Shown here one piece after another: positions 30,426 through 44,900 of a stretch of 64,000 bases of DNA. The stretch is from the human T2T-CHM13v2.0 reference genome, Homo sapiens. The number at the start of each line of letters is the position of its first letter. Position 1 is the stretch's first letter. A program made the translations under genes and the position numbers. The notes below the pieces were generated by a model, which was given only the letters and a program-made list of their open reading frames with translations, had not been told where the DNA came from and did no database searches. Where the stretch lies: NCBI GenBank assembly GCA_009914755.4, contig CP068257.2, positions 27,776,001-27,840,000 on the forward strand. The letters run 5' to 3'.

Positions 30426-32035
30426 TAATAATGGAAACTTTAAAATCATGATAGATAATGTGCAAAAATCATTGCTAGAAAATCATAAAAGATGAGCAAC
30501 AACTAATAAATGAAAATGTGGAAATATTTCAACACATGGTGATCAAGATTTGCAAATTAAGATAAGAAAAAAAGTATTTCTTCCCAGCAAATTCACAAAC
30601 ATAAGCTGTTTTTAATGAGACAACTTACTGCTAATAACTTAAGGGTATCTTGTAGAGAGGAGTGCCAATTGTTGCAAGTCTTTTGGAAAAACTTTGATAA
30701 TGTATACCAAAACCCTTCAAGTATTTCTTCCCTTTGAACTAATAACTCTATTCCTGAAAATTTATCCCAAGAAACAAAGACCAAATGAAAAACCTTTCTG
30801 TTTAGGGATATTCTTTTCTGGCTTAATGTGATAGCAAAAATTGGTAACCATTTTAACATGCCATAAAGTAAAATAGTTAAGTAAGGTCAGGAATCACCAC
30901 TCAATGAGATATTATGTAATTGTTTTGAAATACTTTGTAAAAATTTATAATAAGAGAAATGTTCATGCCATAATATTAAGAAAGCAAGGTACTTTCATTA
31001 TATGTTATGAATGTTTATATATAGGAGTTCAGAGTTCCATATACAGAATGATCACAATTACATAAAAAGGAAAAAGGAATAAAACAAAACCCCAAATTCC
31101 ATTTAGATAAATGAATAAAGAAAATCATTTCATCAAGTGTTAACATTGATATTGTTTTGGTTAGTGGGAGTACGGTTGATTTTTTGTCTCCCTTTTTTTC
31201 CTGTTGTTTTCCCTAATGAGCATATATCACTTTGAGAATGGACAAAACAAGAAAGTTTTGAAACGTAGTATACTCACACATAATGGTTTCCCTGTATTGA
31301 TCTACATAAATGTGTGATTTTATTAAGCGGAAGTCTATTAGTACAAAAATCTACTTCCTATTACAGTTTGTCACTTCAGGCAGTTATTAAGGTCTTTCCC
31401 ACCTTAAAGAATATAAACCTATTTCTTTAGTTCTGCAGCCTAAGTTAAAAGGTGAAGTAAGTGCTAACATTTCTTTTTTTAAGAAAGAGCATCAATTTCA
31501 GCACAGACTTTCCACCTAGCACTGAAAATGTCACTGGGAAATTGTAGTCCTTAACCTAAAAGCTTAAAATCTCAATTATACGGATGAATCAGTTGAGACT
31601 CATGAATAATATGAAAAGGTCTTTTAATCATAAAAAGGCCTGGACAATGAAATGAATCACTTTGAGGTTAGCTATTTTTATAGAAAATGAGATTTTTTTT
31701 TTCAAATAGTTGAAAGCGTGAATGGTGCAACTGGAAATCATTCCAACAGTGCAGGAAAAAATAGAGCTATAAATAAAATGAAGAAACAAGTAAGCAACTA
31801 GGAAACGGAAGAGCAAGCTGAAGCAGCAATAGAGGCTGAAAAACCAGCAGTGAATTCAAGACAGGAATCTGTAAGTGCACTCAAAAGATGACATAAACAG
31901 AGAGAAAAGACCCTCTTCGTAATGTGTGGACCCATGTGATTTTCAGAATCTGGTTTTATGTACTGTAAAAGAGGATTATAAGTTAGGGCCTTTGGAAAGA
32001 AATAATTTTTTGCCACTATTTCTATTTTATTGTAT

Positions 32036-32337
<302 letters not shown>

Positions 32338-33060
32338 TAATAACACGAATAATTATTAGAAGTAATAATAATCATATAATTTCCAGATTCTAATAACTCA
32401 TTTTGAAAAATATGGTTTTCATAGCTGATTGAAGAACTACAGATTGTTAGACAGGTATTAACCCTAGTAAAGGTGTGATACCTTCATGGAGTCAACCTAA
32501 AAACGCAGACAAGAGAGCAAAAATCCCAGTCTTATGGGAATTTCTAAAACTGGATTGTCCTTTAGTTTTCTAAAAGTGCTTTTTCATGCAACATCTACAA
32601 AATTCAACTCATTCTACAAGTTTGATGTGCAGAGGAAAACAATTATTTTTTTCTATCATTGATCTCTCCTTCCTCTTGGGAACTCACCTGCTGGTTAGAG
32701 GGGGATATGTGCAGCCAGTTTAAAGCATGCACCAATCTGATGAGTTAGGCCTTCAAAGCAGCATTCAGACCCTGTTGTGTAATAGTTTTTAGTGTCTTAA
32801 AAGAGCATTCTCTCCCTAAGCTTCTATCCCTAGATGGAGTCCAGGAATATGCCAGATTTCCTTCTGCCTTTGGGTCCTTTTGGATCCTATTTTCTTCAGA
32901 TGGTGATATGGTTTGGCTGTGTCCCAAATCTCATCTTGAATTGTAGCTCCCATAATTCCCACATGTCATGGGAGGGACCCAGTGGGAGGTAATTGAATCA
33001 TGGGTGAGGTTACCTCCATGCTGTTCTTGTGATAATGAGTGAGTTCTCACGAGATCTGAT

Positions 33061-33350
33061 TTTTTTTTTTTATTATTATACTTTAAGTTTTAGGGTACAT
33101 GTGCACATTGTGCAGGTTAGTTACATATGTATACATGTGCCGTGCTGGTGCGCTGCACCCACTAACTCGTCATCTAGCATTAGGTATATCTCCCAATGCT
33201 ATCCCTCCCCCCTCCCCCCACCCCACCACAGTCCCCAGAGTGTGATATTCCCCTTCCTGTGTCCATGTGATCTCATTGTTCAATTCCCACCTATGAGTGA
33301 GAATATGCGGTGTTTGGTTTTTTGTTCTTGCCATAGTTTACTGAGAATGG
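33061..33350 (-). mobile_element. Young L1 (L1PA) 3'UTR fragment inserted into the THE1 LTR. Poly-T tail at left.
   Basis: T14 then attattatactttaagttttagggtacatgtgcacattgtgcaggttagttacatatgtatacatgtgccgtgctggtgcgctgcacccactaactcgtcatctagcattaggtatatctcccaatgc...ccatagtttactgagaatgg. It is nearly identical to the 9981-10260 segment. Confidence 0.9.
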
Positions 33351-33434
33351 ATTAAAAAGTCAGGAAACAACAGGTGCTGGAGAGGATGTGGAGAAATAGG
33401 AACACTTTTACACTGTTGGTGGGACTGTAAACTA
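33351..33434 (+). mobile_element. Inverted 84-bp L1 piece (ORF2 C-terminal region) attached to the 33061-33350 L1. A small 5'-inversion/deletion structure.
   Basis: attaaaaagtcaggaaacaacaggtgctggagaggatgtggagaaataggaacacttttacactgttggtgggactgtaaactag is sense-strand L1 (..[31 protein letters not shown]..). The adjacent segment is antisense. Confidence 0.8.
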
Positions 33435-34049
33435 GAGCTGATGGTTTTATAAGGGGATTTCCCCCTTTTGCTCAGCACAGTTCTGTTGCCATGTGAAGAA
33501 GGTCATGGTTGCTTCCCCTTCCACCATGATTGTAAGTTCCCCAAGGCCTCCCCAGCCCTGAAGAACTGAGTCAATTTCACCTGTTTCTGTTATAAATTAT
33601 TCAGTCTTGGTTATTTCTTCATAGCAGTGTGAGAACAGACTAATACAGATGGCCAAGATTGTAGCTGGAAAACTCCCAATCCCTTGTAATGGCTTAGGCA
33701 TTGTTAAAGGAATGGCATGCCATTTCCCCTTCTGTTCTCAGAGCATAAAGCTTTTTTGATTAAATTATTTTCTTTAAATTTTCTGTGCTTATATATAAGT
33801 GCATGTATGTTCATGTTTGTGTGTGTGTTTCATGGGGATAAGAAAGATGAGGAGAAAAAACATAGGTAATACAATCCATTTAGTGTCTCTAAAGTGCTAG
33901 GCATTTATAGTATCATTATCTTATTTGCTTTTTGTGGAAATCTTAGCCACAGTTATCATCACTTTCTAATCAATGAAGATAGTAAAGCTGCAGTATATCA
34001 GAATGGAGCCTGTGTCTATTTGATCTCAAAGATTGTGTTCATTCCATTC

Positions 34050-34632
34050 CTTAAAGAACTAAAAGTAGAACTACCATGTGATCCAGCAATCTCACTCCTG
34101 GGTATCTTCCCACAGGAAAAGAAGTCATTATACAAAAAAGATACTTGCACACACATGTTTATAGCAGCACAATTAGCAATTGCAAATATATGGAACCAGC
34201 CCAAATGCCCATCAATCAATGAGTGGATAAAGAAATTGTGGAATATATATACCATGGACTACTACTCAGCCATAAAAAGGAATGAAATAATGACATTTGC
34301 AGCAACCTGGATGGAATTGGAGACCATTATTCTAAGTGAAGTAACTCGGGAATGGAAAACCAAACATCATATGTTCTTACTCACAAGTGGGAGCTAAACT
34401 ATAAGGATGAAAAGACATAGGAATGATACAATGGACTTTGGGAACTCAGGGGAAAGTGTTGCAGTGGGCTGAGGGATAAAAGACTACACGTTGGGTATAA
34501 GGTACAGTACTCGGGTGATGGGTGCACCAAAATCTCAGAAATCACCATGAAAGAACTTACTCAGGTAATCAAACACCACCTGTTCCTCAAAAACCTATTT
34601 AAATAATTTTAAAAATGCAAAAAACAAAAAGA
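34050..34632 (+). mobile_element. Older LINE-1 (L1PB/L1MA-like) 3' end.
   Basis: Track ORF 33894-34397 reads ...LKELKVELPCDPAISLLGIFPQEKKSLYKKDTCTHMFIAAQLAIANIWNQPKCPSINEWIKKLWNIYTMDYYSAIKRNEIMTFAATWMELETIILSEVTREWKTKHHMFLLTSGS, a diverged L1 ORF2 C-terminus. The 3'UTR ends ...ccacctgttcctcaaaaacctatttaaataattttaaaaatgcaaaaaac. Confidence 0.85.
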
Positions 34633-36258
34633 GATTGCACTCTTTCCTTTATCTCTTGGGAGTGGTAAAGTGGAAAAAATAGTTTTTTATGGCCTTTGGT
34701 GTTCAATTTGTAATGTTGCCATCCAAATCAGTTGTACCAGTTTGCAGTGTTACAAATTGTACAGAGTATTTCTAGTGTGGTAACATCCTTATTCAATCTG
34801 TGTGCTATTTCCAGAAGTGTTTTCTAATTTGTAGGTCCATGTTAATATTTCAAGTTTGCTTTAATGTGCAATCTTTGATGTTTAGTGAGAATGAACACAT
34901 TTCCATTTGTTTGTTTAAATGTAATTGTGTTCTTTCTTGTACAAATTGTTACATATTTTCAATTTTAATGCTAGGGCATTTTTGCCTTTTAAAATAAATT
35001 TTAATGAGATGATATTTTATAGAAATATTTGACATACTCAATATCAAATATTGTTCATAGTCTACTGGTTTCTTTATCAATTGAGTTTTTAATATATCAT
35101 TTTAAGTTTTACATATCTAAATTTGTCAGTTTTTTCTTATGATTTTGATTGGTACTTTAGGCTTGAGAAAAATTATTATTTGTCTGCAGATATAATCAAT
35201 ATTTTAATTATTCTAATTTTTATGAATTTGTTAATTTTATAATGTTTTATAATGTTTTAACATCTAACACAACTTAATTCTTCTAAGAGCAATACTTTGC
35301 TTTTCTTATATTTTAAAAACCAGTGACACTTTTTTCAGTGTTTTTATAATATTCCAATTATTCTAAACACTTTCCTAAAATTGATTTTGGAAATATTTTG
35401 TTATCTTCCCACCCCTCTCTATTGAGAGTTTGAATGCAATGGTAATACTTCTACAAATTAACTTTGAAGAAATATTAATCTCTTTATCAAGGTTTAAATT
35501 ATAACTTCACTTATTAAAGTTTTTCTTTATATTTCCTACTTAACATTTTTCATTATAAAAGTTCTATGTAGCTTTTAATTAAGCTTTTTCATGAATATTT
35601 GCTAACTCTATTATTCTTGAGAATAATCTCTTTTATTATTATGCTTTAGCTTCCTTTTACGGGATATAAGACTTTGATGAACTTTTTGGATGTTCTATCT
35701 TTTCATTTCACTGTTATTATTTCTAATTGGTAATTTATCTCTAATAGCAGATTTATTCGGCTCTTTTAATGATGCAATTATTCTAATTGTGCATAATAAT
35801 TTTTCAGTTCCCAATATGATTTTTATATCTTACTTGAATCTTAATGATATTTATTATTATTTTAGAAAAACAGTTGTAGAAGAGACATCAATTAATTTGC
35901 CGGTCTTGTCCAATCTCCCTTTCTAACTGTTCTGCTTGCTAGCTCAGCACTATATGTGTGCTTCCGTAATGATTGATTGGATAAAAAATGGGCACACGCC
36001 TTAGGGAAAGCTGATTCGTCTGCCAGCCAGCAACCAGCAGATTAGGAGTCAGACAGGAGCTATAAGGTCATGTACTGTTGATACTGAGTTCCCACACACA
36101 TGCACACTCACATGTATGACACACGTGTACACACACATACATGTGCACACACACACCAACCCACAAAAGCCAATCCAAGAGAACATTCAGACTCGGAAAG
36201 AGCTGTTTTGTTATCTTTCAACTTCTCGTGAGAAGCAGTTTTCCCTTTAGGTTTTTCA

Positions 36259-36567
<309 letters not shown>

Positions 36568-37041
36568 GTCCCTTTAGGTTTTAGATTCTACTATAATAAA
36601 CCCTCCTTTCTGTGATCTATCTCTAGTGGGATTCTGTTTCTCAAAACCAAAAATTCTCTGACCAACACAATACTGATAATAGGTATCCTTACTCTTTTCT
36701 TGTGTTTAAAATGAATGCCACATATGTTTCAAGTTTTGATTTAATATAAATAATTATAGTAAAGTAAAATTTTTTATTACTTTAAAAATATTGTTATAGG
36801 GTATAAAATTTTATTAGATGTACGTGTGTGGGGAAGATCTGTTGAAATTATCACATGCATAATTTCAATAGATGCCCACTAACACATGGATATTTTCTTA
36901 TTTAATTTATATGTTGTATATTATATCTATAGATAACCAAATATATTAAACTATAACTTCAGCTTTTCTGGTATTTGGTTAAATAATCTTCTCATCACAT
37001 GACACAATGATGAGAACAGACAATATCTCAAAAGACAAAGA

Positions 37042-37377
<336 letters not shown>

Positions 37378-37976
37378 CTAGGGGAGCACCACAAATGTAT
37401 TAACAAAGATACATTTTAACAACTTTTATTTTAGTATTACTGAGTAGCATAATGGTCCTGTTGATGGTTCCATCCCATCCCAAGGCTCTGACTCTGTCCC
37501 AGATTCTTAACTTTTCTTCTTATCAAAGCTAGTCTTTTTATAATTTAGGAATAGACTTCCGATAAATATCTGCTTATACCATGTCAGTCTGGAGTGCTGC
37601 TGAAAGATATTTTTCCTATCCCTATCCTTCCTAGCACTGCTAAGGGAGTGAGGTCAGACACCACCCAGTAACACAAATAGTGCCATCTTATGGCTCAGCT
37701 TCACCATCTTTGCAAAACATGTGTAATACTATACCATGGAATAGTATACCATGTATACCACTTACTAGTACCTGGTATAGTATTTTCATGGTATTATACT
37801 ATAGCATGTATAACATTAATTTAATCTTTTTTCTCCAACCTTTTAATATGAATACATTCTAACATACAGGAAAGTTGAAAAAATAGTACAGTGGATAAAA
37901 TGCTTAACACCTCTTCTGTTACCATGGCTTCTTCATTCTCAAGTTTTAAATTTTGACTCATCTATTAATTGGCTAG

Positions 37977-38322
<346 letters not shown>

Positions 38323-38694
38323 TCATGGATGTTTTTATTCCTTCGTTTCTTCTATGTTCAATAATGTCTACCTGATGCTATGTGAACAACCTCTCTTGGC
38401 TGGAGATAATTCTCTTGGGGGAACCATTTTTTTTCCCTTAGAGATTAATAGACATTATTCCATCATCACCTGGCATTCATTGGTATGGTGAATAAATCTA
38501 CGGCCAGCATGATTTTTTTTCTTTTTGTGAGTGATGTGCATTATTTGTCTGGATGACTGTGTAATTGTTTATTCTTGATGTTACTTAGTCTACTAGATGG
38601 TTCTTGGTGTTGAAAATCCCCTATAACACTTGATATGTTCAATTATGATATGAGCTTTTGTTCAGGCTCATTGGTTGCTCTTTGAATTTTGGGA

Positions 38695-38738
38695 TATATG
38701 TATATATATATCGTATTGTATAATACGATATATATATT
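38695..38738. repeat. AT-rich perfect inverted repeat (13-16 bp arms, 6-nt loop) within a (TA)n tract.
   Basis: tatatatatatcgtat|tgtata|atacgatatatatat. The arms are exact reverse complements. Confidence 0.85.
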
Positions 38739-40206
38739 GTATTACAACTTACAACATATTTTTTCAGTTTCACTTGTTGATTATCTCACGGGCACCAATT
38801 CTTCTTTGGCTATATCATCTTTGTCCTCCATGTAACTTAGTTCCTTTCTAATTGTTTAGATGTCTTTGTTTTTTAAATTTGCATTCATTATTTTTATGTT
38901 CAATTTTCCACATGTTAGTAGCTTGCTCTTTAGCAATGTCTATTCAGTTCCTTGCTAGTTCTAATACGTTTTTTAGTTCAGAAATAATGTTGATTTGAGC
39001 ATCAATTTATTGCCTCAGCTAGGCAATTTCTCTTTTCATCTTATTCTATCCTTTTTACCATCTTACCGTATTCATTTAATAATTACGTTGTTTCATAGCA
39101 TAACACAGTGGTAGAGCACTTTCCCTCGTTCATTAATTTTTCCTTCTAGCATTGGTTCTTTGTCTTTTTGACATTCTGCTCCCTTTTCTACTCCCACCCT
39201 TTTGGCTGTCACATGTTTGCATTGTTGCCGTGCTATTTTTTTTCTTCTTGCTTATGACTTGGCAGTCCTGTGCTGATGTTCCATTTGATGTGGTATAGAG
39301 CTGGGTGATTTCTTAACCCTCTTCCTGTCATATGAGAGTTTGTTTTCCTCTGTAAGCTACAGTTTGATAGTTAAGTCTTTTGCTTCTACCCATTTTTGAG
39401 TCGCCTAAGGAGAAAATAGAGGATACGAAGAAAGGTCGGCTGAGGAGCTCTCTTTTAGGATATTTAGGATCTTTTGTGCCTTTGAGGTTTTTTGTCACAT
39501 ACGTGTTCTGTAACACTTGGCTAGGAATCATATATTTTATTTCCGCTTGGAGGCAGGAAGGGCCTTGAGCTTTAGCTTGTTCTTCAGTTGTACTTCAATA
39601 CAGGATGTAGGTCTGTAGTTTCCATTTTCATCAGAGAGAGTTATGTACATTGTCTGCTTTCTCCATTTAACCTGCCTCACCCCAGGAACCACTCCATCAT
39701 TCTTCTGTTAAGAGAGAAAATGATACAGATATATGTTCAGTCTGCTTCTGTTCAGGTTGAGGGTATTAACAACAAATTTCAGAACTTTGTAACCTCAGTG
39801 ACACTCCTTCTGGGATAAGCTGAGGTCCACTAGGAGGGAACTGGTTTGGATGCCAGCTGTACTGCACCCCTCCCCTCCACTGAAGAATGCCCCCTCCCCT
39901 GCAACTTTCCTTCCACGATTTCGTTTAATTATTTTTCCTTCTGTAGGTTGCTGTAGCTCTTCTTTGCTCACTTGCTAAGTGTCAGGGGAGGCAAGTTCTG
40001 TGTTGCACTTTAAATTTATTATGTTCATTCAGAAACCCTGCTAAACACCTTAATAGCAATGCTGGGAGGAGAATATTAGCATGCCCAGGCAGCAAAGGAA
40101 CAACAAAGCCCAGGGTTGTTAAGCGATGTGCTTATGGCCGCATAAATTAGTATGTGGAAGATTCAGAAAGCAGGCCCATTTTTTTCCATTCCAGACCATA
40201 GCTTTT

Positions 40207-40511
<305 letters not shown>

Positions 40512-40564
40512 TAGCTTTTTGTATTACAGTCCCAAATACAAGTTAATTATTTCATCAATTAAAC

Positions 40565-40720
40565 AAAAATATACACATATATATTATATAATGTATATAC
40601 ATATATATACATATGTATATATTATATTGTATATATGTATATATAAACATTATATATATATGTATTTATACGTATATTTTATATATACATATGTGTGTGT
40701 GTGTGTATGTATAGTTCTAC
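40565..40720. repeat. Complex AT-rich microsatellite: (TATA/TATG/TACA)n followed by (GT)n.
   Basis: acatatatattatataatgtatatacatatatatacatatgtatatattatattgtatatatgtatatataaacattatatatatatgtatttatacgtatattttatatatacatatgtgtgtgtgtgtgtatgtatag. Confidence 0.9.
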
Positions 40721-40751
40721 AGTCCTTGACGTATTTTGAAAATTCCAAAAT

Positions 40752-41049
<298 letters not shown>

Positions 41050-41284
41050 AAAATTCCAAAATGAAGGGTTATTTGGGAAAAATCTATAAGCTTACCTTTG
41101 TTCAATAGACACATTCATGAACAGCTGTGTGTAAAGTTATGTCTAGATAGAACAATATTTAAAATGCATAATTGTGTACACTATTTTAAATAACCCTGGA
41201 TAAGATATTCCAAAATTTAAGGAAAATTGTAGTAATTTGATTTTTTAAATATACACATTTTAGTTTTGTGTGTGTGCATGTTTA

Positions 41285-41616
<332 letters not shown>

Positions 41617-41650
41617 TCAATATCAAGAGGCTTTGTAAAACCTCCTTTGA

Positions 41651-41989
<339 letters not shown>

Positions 41990-44900
41990 TAAGCTAGGAC
42001 GTTTTGTTTTTGTTTATTTTGATCTGTACTTGCTGTCCCTGGGTATAATGTGTAGAGGGTTCTGTGTTAGGGCCTGAGTCTTATTTGTATACTCATCGCT
42101 CCAATTTTCTGATTCAGTGGTTCTTATCCTACCCTGTACACAAATATTATCTAGGATGTTTGTTAAAATATAGCTGGGACCCAATTAGAAATTCTGACTC
42201 AAAAGTATTGGGGTAGGACTTAGGAGTCTGCATTTTAACAAGATCTCTAGTTCCTTTTAAGGAAGATAGTCCATTGACTACAATTTTAGAAACACTGCTT
42301 TAGATCATTTAATAGTTGAGATTTGGTGTATCAAGGGGCATTTCCCCAGCTTGGTTATCAGAGATGGAAGTATTCCTCATGTCTCACAATAGCCCTAAAG
42401 GATAGAACACCTGATATAAAATGGTGCTCTTAGTCACATAGAAAAGAATGTGGAATTTAAGATAGTAATGTTAGGGGTAGACATTTGAATAAATAATTTT
42501 TGCCTAATTAGCTTTCAATGGTTAGCTTATGACAGAAAATGTGCAAAGGCAGATATTAGAATTTTACAATCCTTCTGATTGAAAATAGTAATTTTTTATT
42601 TTTTTTTCTGTTCTATTTAGACCTTTAATGGCCTGGGTGATATCCACCTACCTCGGTGAGGACAGTTTTTTTTACTCAGTTTACTGAGTCAAATGCTAAT
42701 CTCTTCCAGAAAGACCCTCACAAATACACCCAGAAATAGTGTTTTACTAACTATCTGGGCATCCCTAAGCCCAGTCAAGTTGACATATAAAATTAACCAT
42801 CACACAGGAGGCCATTTAAAAGTTTTTTTGTGAGGCTCAATTACGATAATCCATGTACAAGCTTTCTGAAATGCGTAAGTTATGATACATTTGAAAAGTG
42901 TAACATCACTGATGCTCCTTGCCATAAACTTAGGCAATATGAAACAATCTTGCTCTTAGAACCACTTCAAATGATTGGTAAATTGGGGTCACTTATGGTA
43001 ATTTTATTTATAATCTTTAATCTTGTATCTACATCTCTTTTCTCCTCTTCCTTCTCTTACATTCAGTAAATCTAAGGCTTCTTTGAGTTTCTGTGCCCTC
43101 TCTTACCTATTGGCAATGTCTATAAAGACACAGCTCACCTCTTTCTTCTCTTCTGGGAAATATTATTAGCCATTATGCTTTCAGCCCACATTTGTTCACT
43201 TATTATTTCCCTGTGTAGACCCTACAAAATGGGAACCAGATCTTTTTCTATAGTTTTAGATAAAGGTATTCTGGCAGTTTTCTAGAGAAATTCATTATTA
43301 GAAATTTATTCTAATGGGAACCCATTTTTGGCTTACTCTGTTGGTTGCTTTGACCTCTGTTTTTCCTTGCAGAGCTCGACTTATTAATATCATTTAGGAG
43401 CACTGGGAAACATCATTCTGCATATTTATCAGGCAATTCATACACACATCCCTACAGTTCAGTGTATAGAGCTTCTCTGTTTTGGACTTAAACTGAAAGA
43501 TTTTAATGACTGGTCGTATTGGCCCAGCTCCTAATATGCAGATGAATCATTGTGTCTGCACTGCGGAGTGTTGGCCATCTTTTTACTTCTGCTTTTCTTA
43601 AGTAGATGCAAATATTGAGGGGATCCTAAAGAAGGACAGGAAGAGTACCAGCATTTTTTTTTTTCTAAATCTGCCACTAAAGTCCCTTTGGATTGGATTT
43701 TAGATAGTCATGGCATTTGAATAACCTGCATTTATTAATCTCTGGAAATAAGTGAAAAACTAGAAAAGGCTGAACGTACAATCAATATAATGCAATACTG
43801 GGGCCTAACAAAGTGGATAAATGATATTTATCAGCAGGCGACTGCTGTTTAATTCACAGGCACAAATGCCCACATTCATCTGTGACACTGAATCAGTTTT
43901 CTTGTGAGTGTTGTCTTCCCTGAGGTTTCTTTCTCTTACTCTTCTCTCCTTGCTCAAATTTCAGAGTTGTCATCCACAATTCTGGGAAAGGTGATGTTTC
44001 ACTTGCTTCATTCAATAAAGATGGGGTTTAGGGGGGTGACACAAGGTATGGCTACCAATGTCTAATGCTGGTATTATATCCTTTATCCAGTATGCTGGGG
44101 AGAAAGTACAATCATTTTGCTTTACTTCATAGCTATCTGGTTCATTAAATCCCATGAGTCTTGGTAAATTATGAAGCAATTATTGATTTTGTTGTGGTCA
44201 ACATCAAGATATATATTGATTTTCCCACCAGTCAATAGTTTCCAGAGGCATAATCAATATTGATGTTTGCTGAACATGTGTGTTAATGTCAGTGTGTGTA
44301 TATGTACTTAGATCTCTACACTCAGATATTTATTTTATACTCTTTCTGAACGTTTTTGTAAAAAACTATTTTCTCCCAAAGATCCTATTATTTTTTGGCT
44401 GATTTATTCAGTTCTTCCTTTTTGCTTTACATTTTTAATCTCATTTATTCTTCCCCGGATTGATAATGGAAAGGAAAACTAAGGCTTTGGAAGAAGTCTA
44501 TTTGCCTTTAATGAACCGGTTGGGGGTGAGTCTTCCTGATGAGATTGTGATTAATTGCAAAGTGAGTATTACTTCTTGTCTCCATCCTGTCGGTTCGATA
44601 GAATGACAAAAAAAGTTGAAGACTTTCACTCTCCATTCCAGCATCTACCAGACCAACATAACTCAGTAAGCACATCTGAGAATCCCCCTCATTTACTCCC
44701 AGTACTTTTTTCAATTATGTGGAACATAGACGAACAGGTCAAACTTGGATTTAGACAAAGTTAAATGATCAACTACATGATGCAATTTAATGGGCACAAA
44801 AATAAAAAAAAAAAAACCTCTTACTGTCTTACATAATAGCCTAAAGTCTACCAGTAGGAATTTATTATAAATATCCTCTTAGAAAATTCAGATTGCTCCT

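Larger units (their letters stand above)
32904..33655 (+). mobile_element. THE1/MST-type MaLR LTR, split by a later L1 insertion at 33061-33434.
   Basis: The left part is tgatatggtttggctgtgtcccaaatctcatcttgaattgtagctcccataattcccacatgtcatgggagggacccagtgggaggtaattgaatcatgggtgagg...gagttctcacgagatctga. The right part resumes tggttttataaggggatttccccc...ccaccatgattgtaagttccccaaggcctccccagccctgaagaactgagtcaatttcacctgtttctgttataaattattcagtcttggttatttcttcatagcagtgtgagaacagactaatacag. Joined, the two parts are collinear with a THE1 LTR (..CACGAGATCTGATGGTTTTATAA..). Confidence 0.85.
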
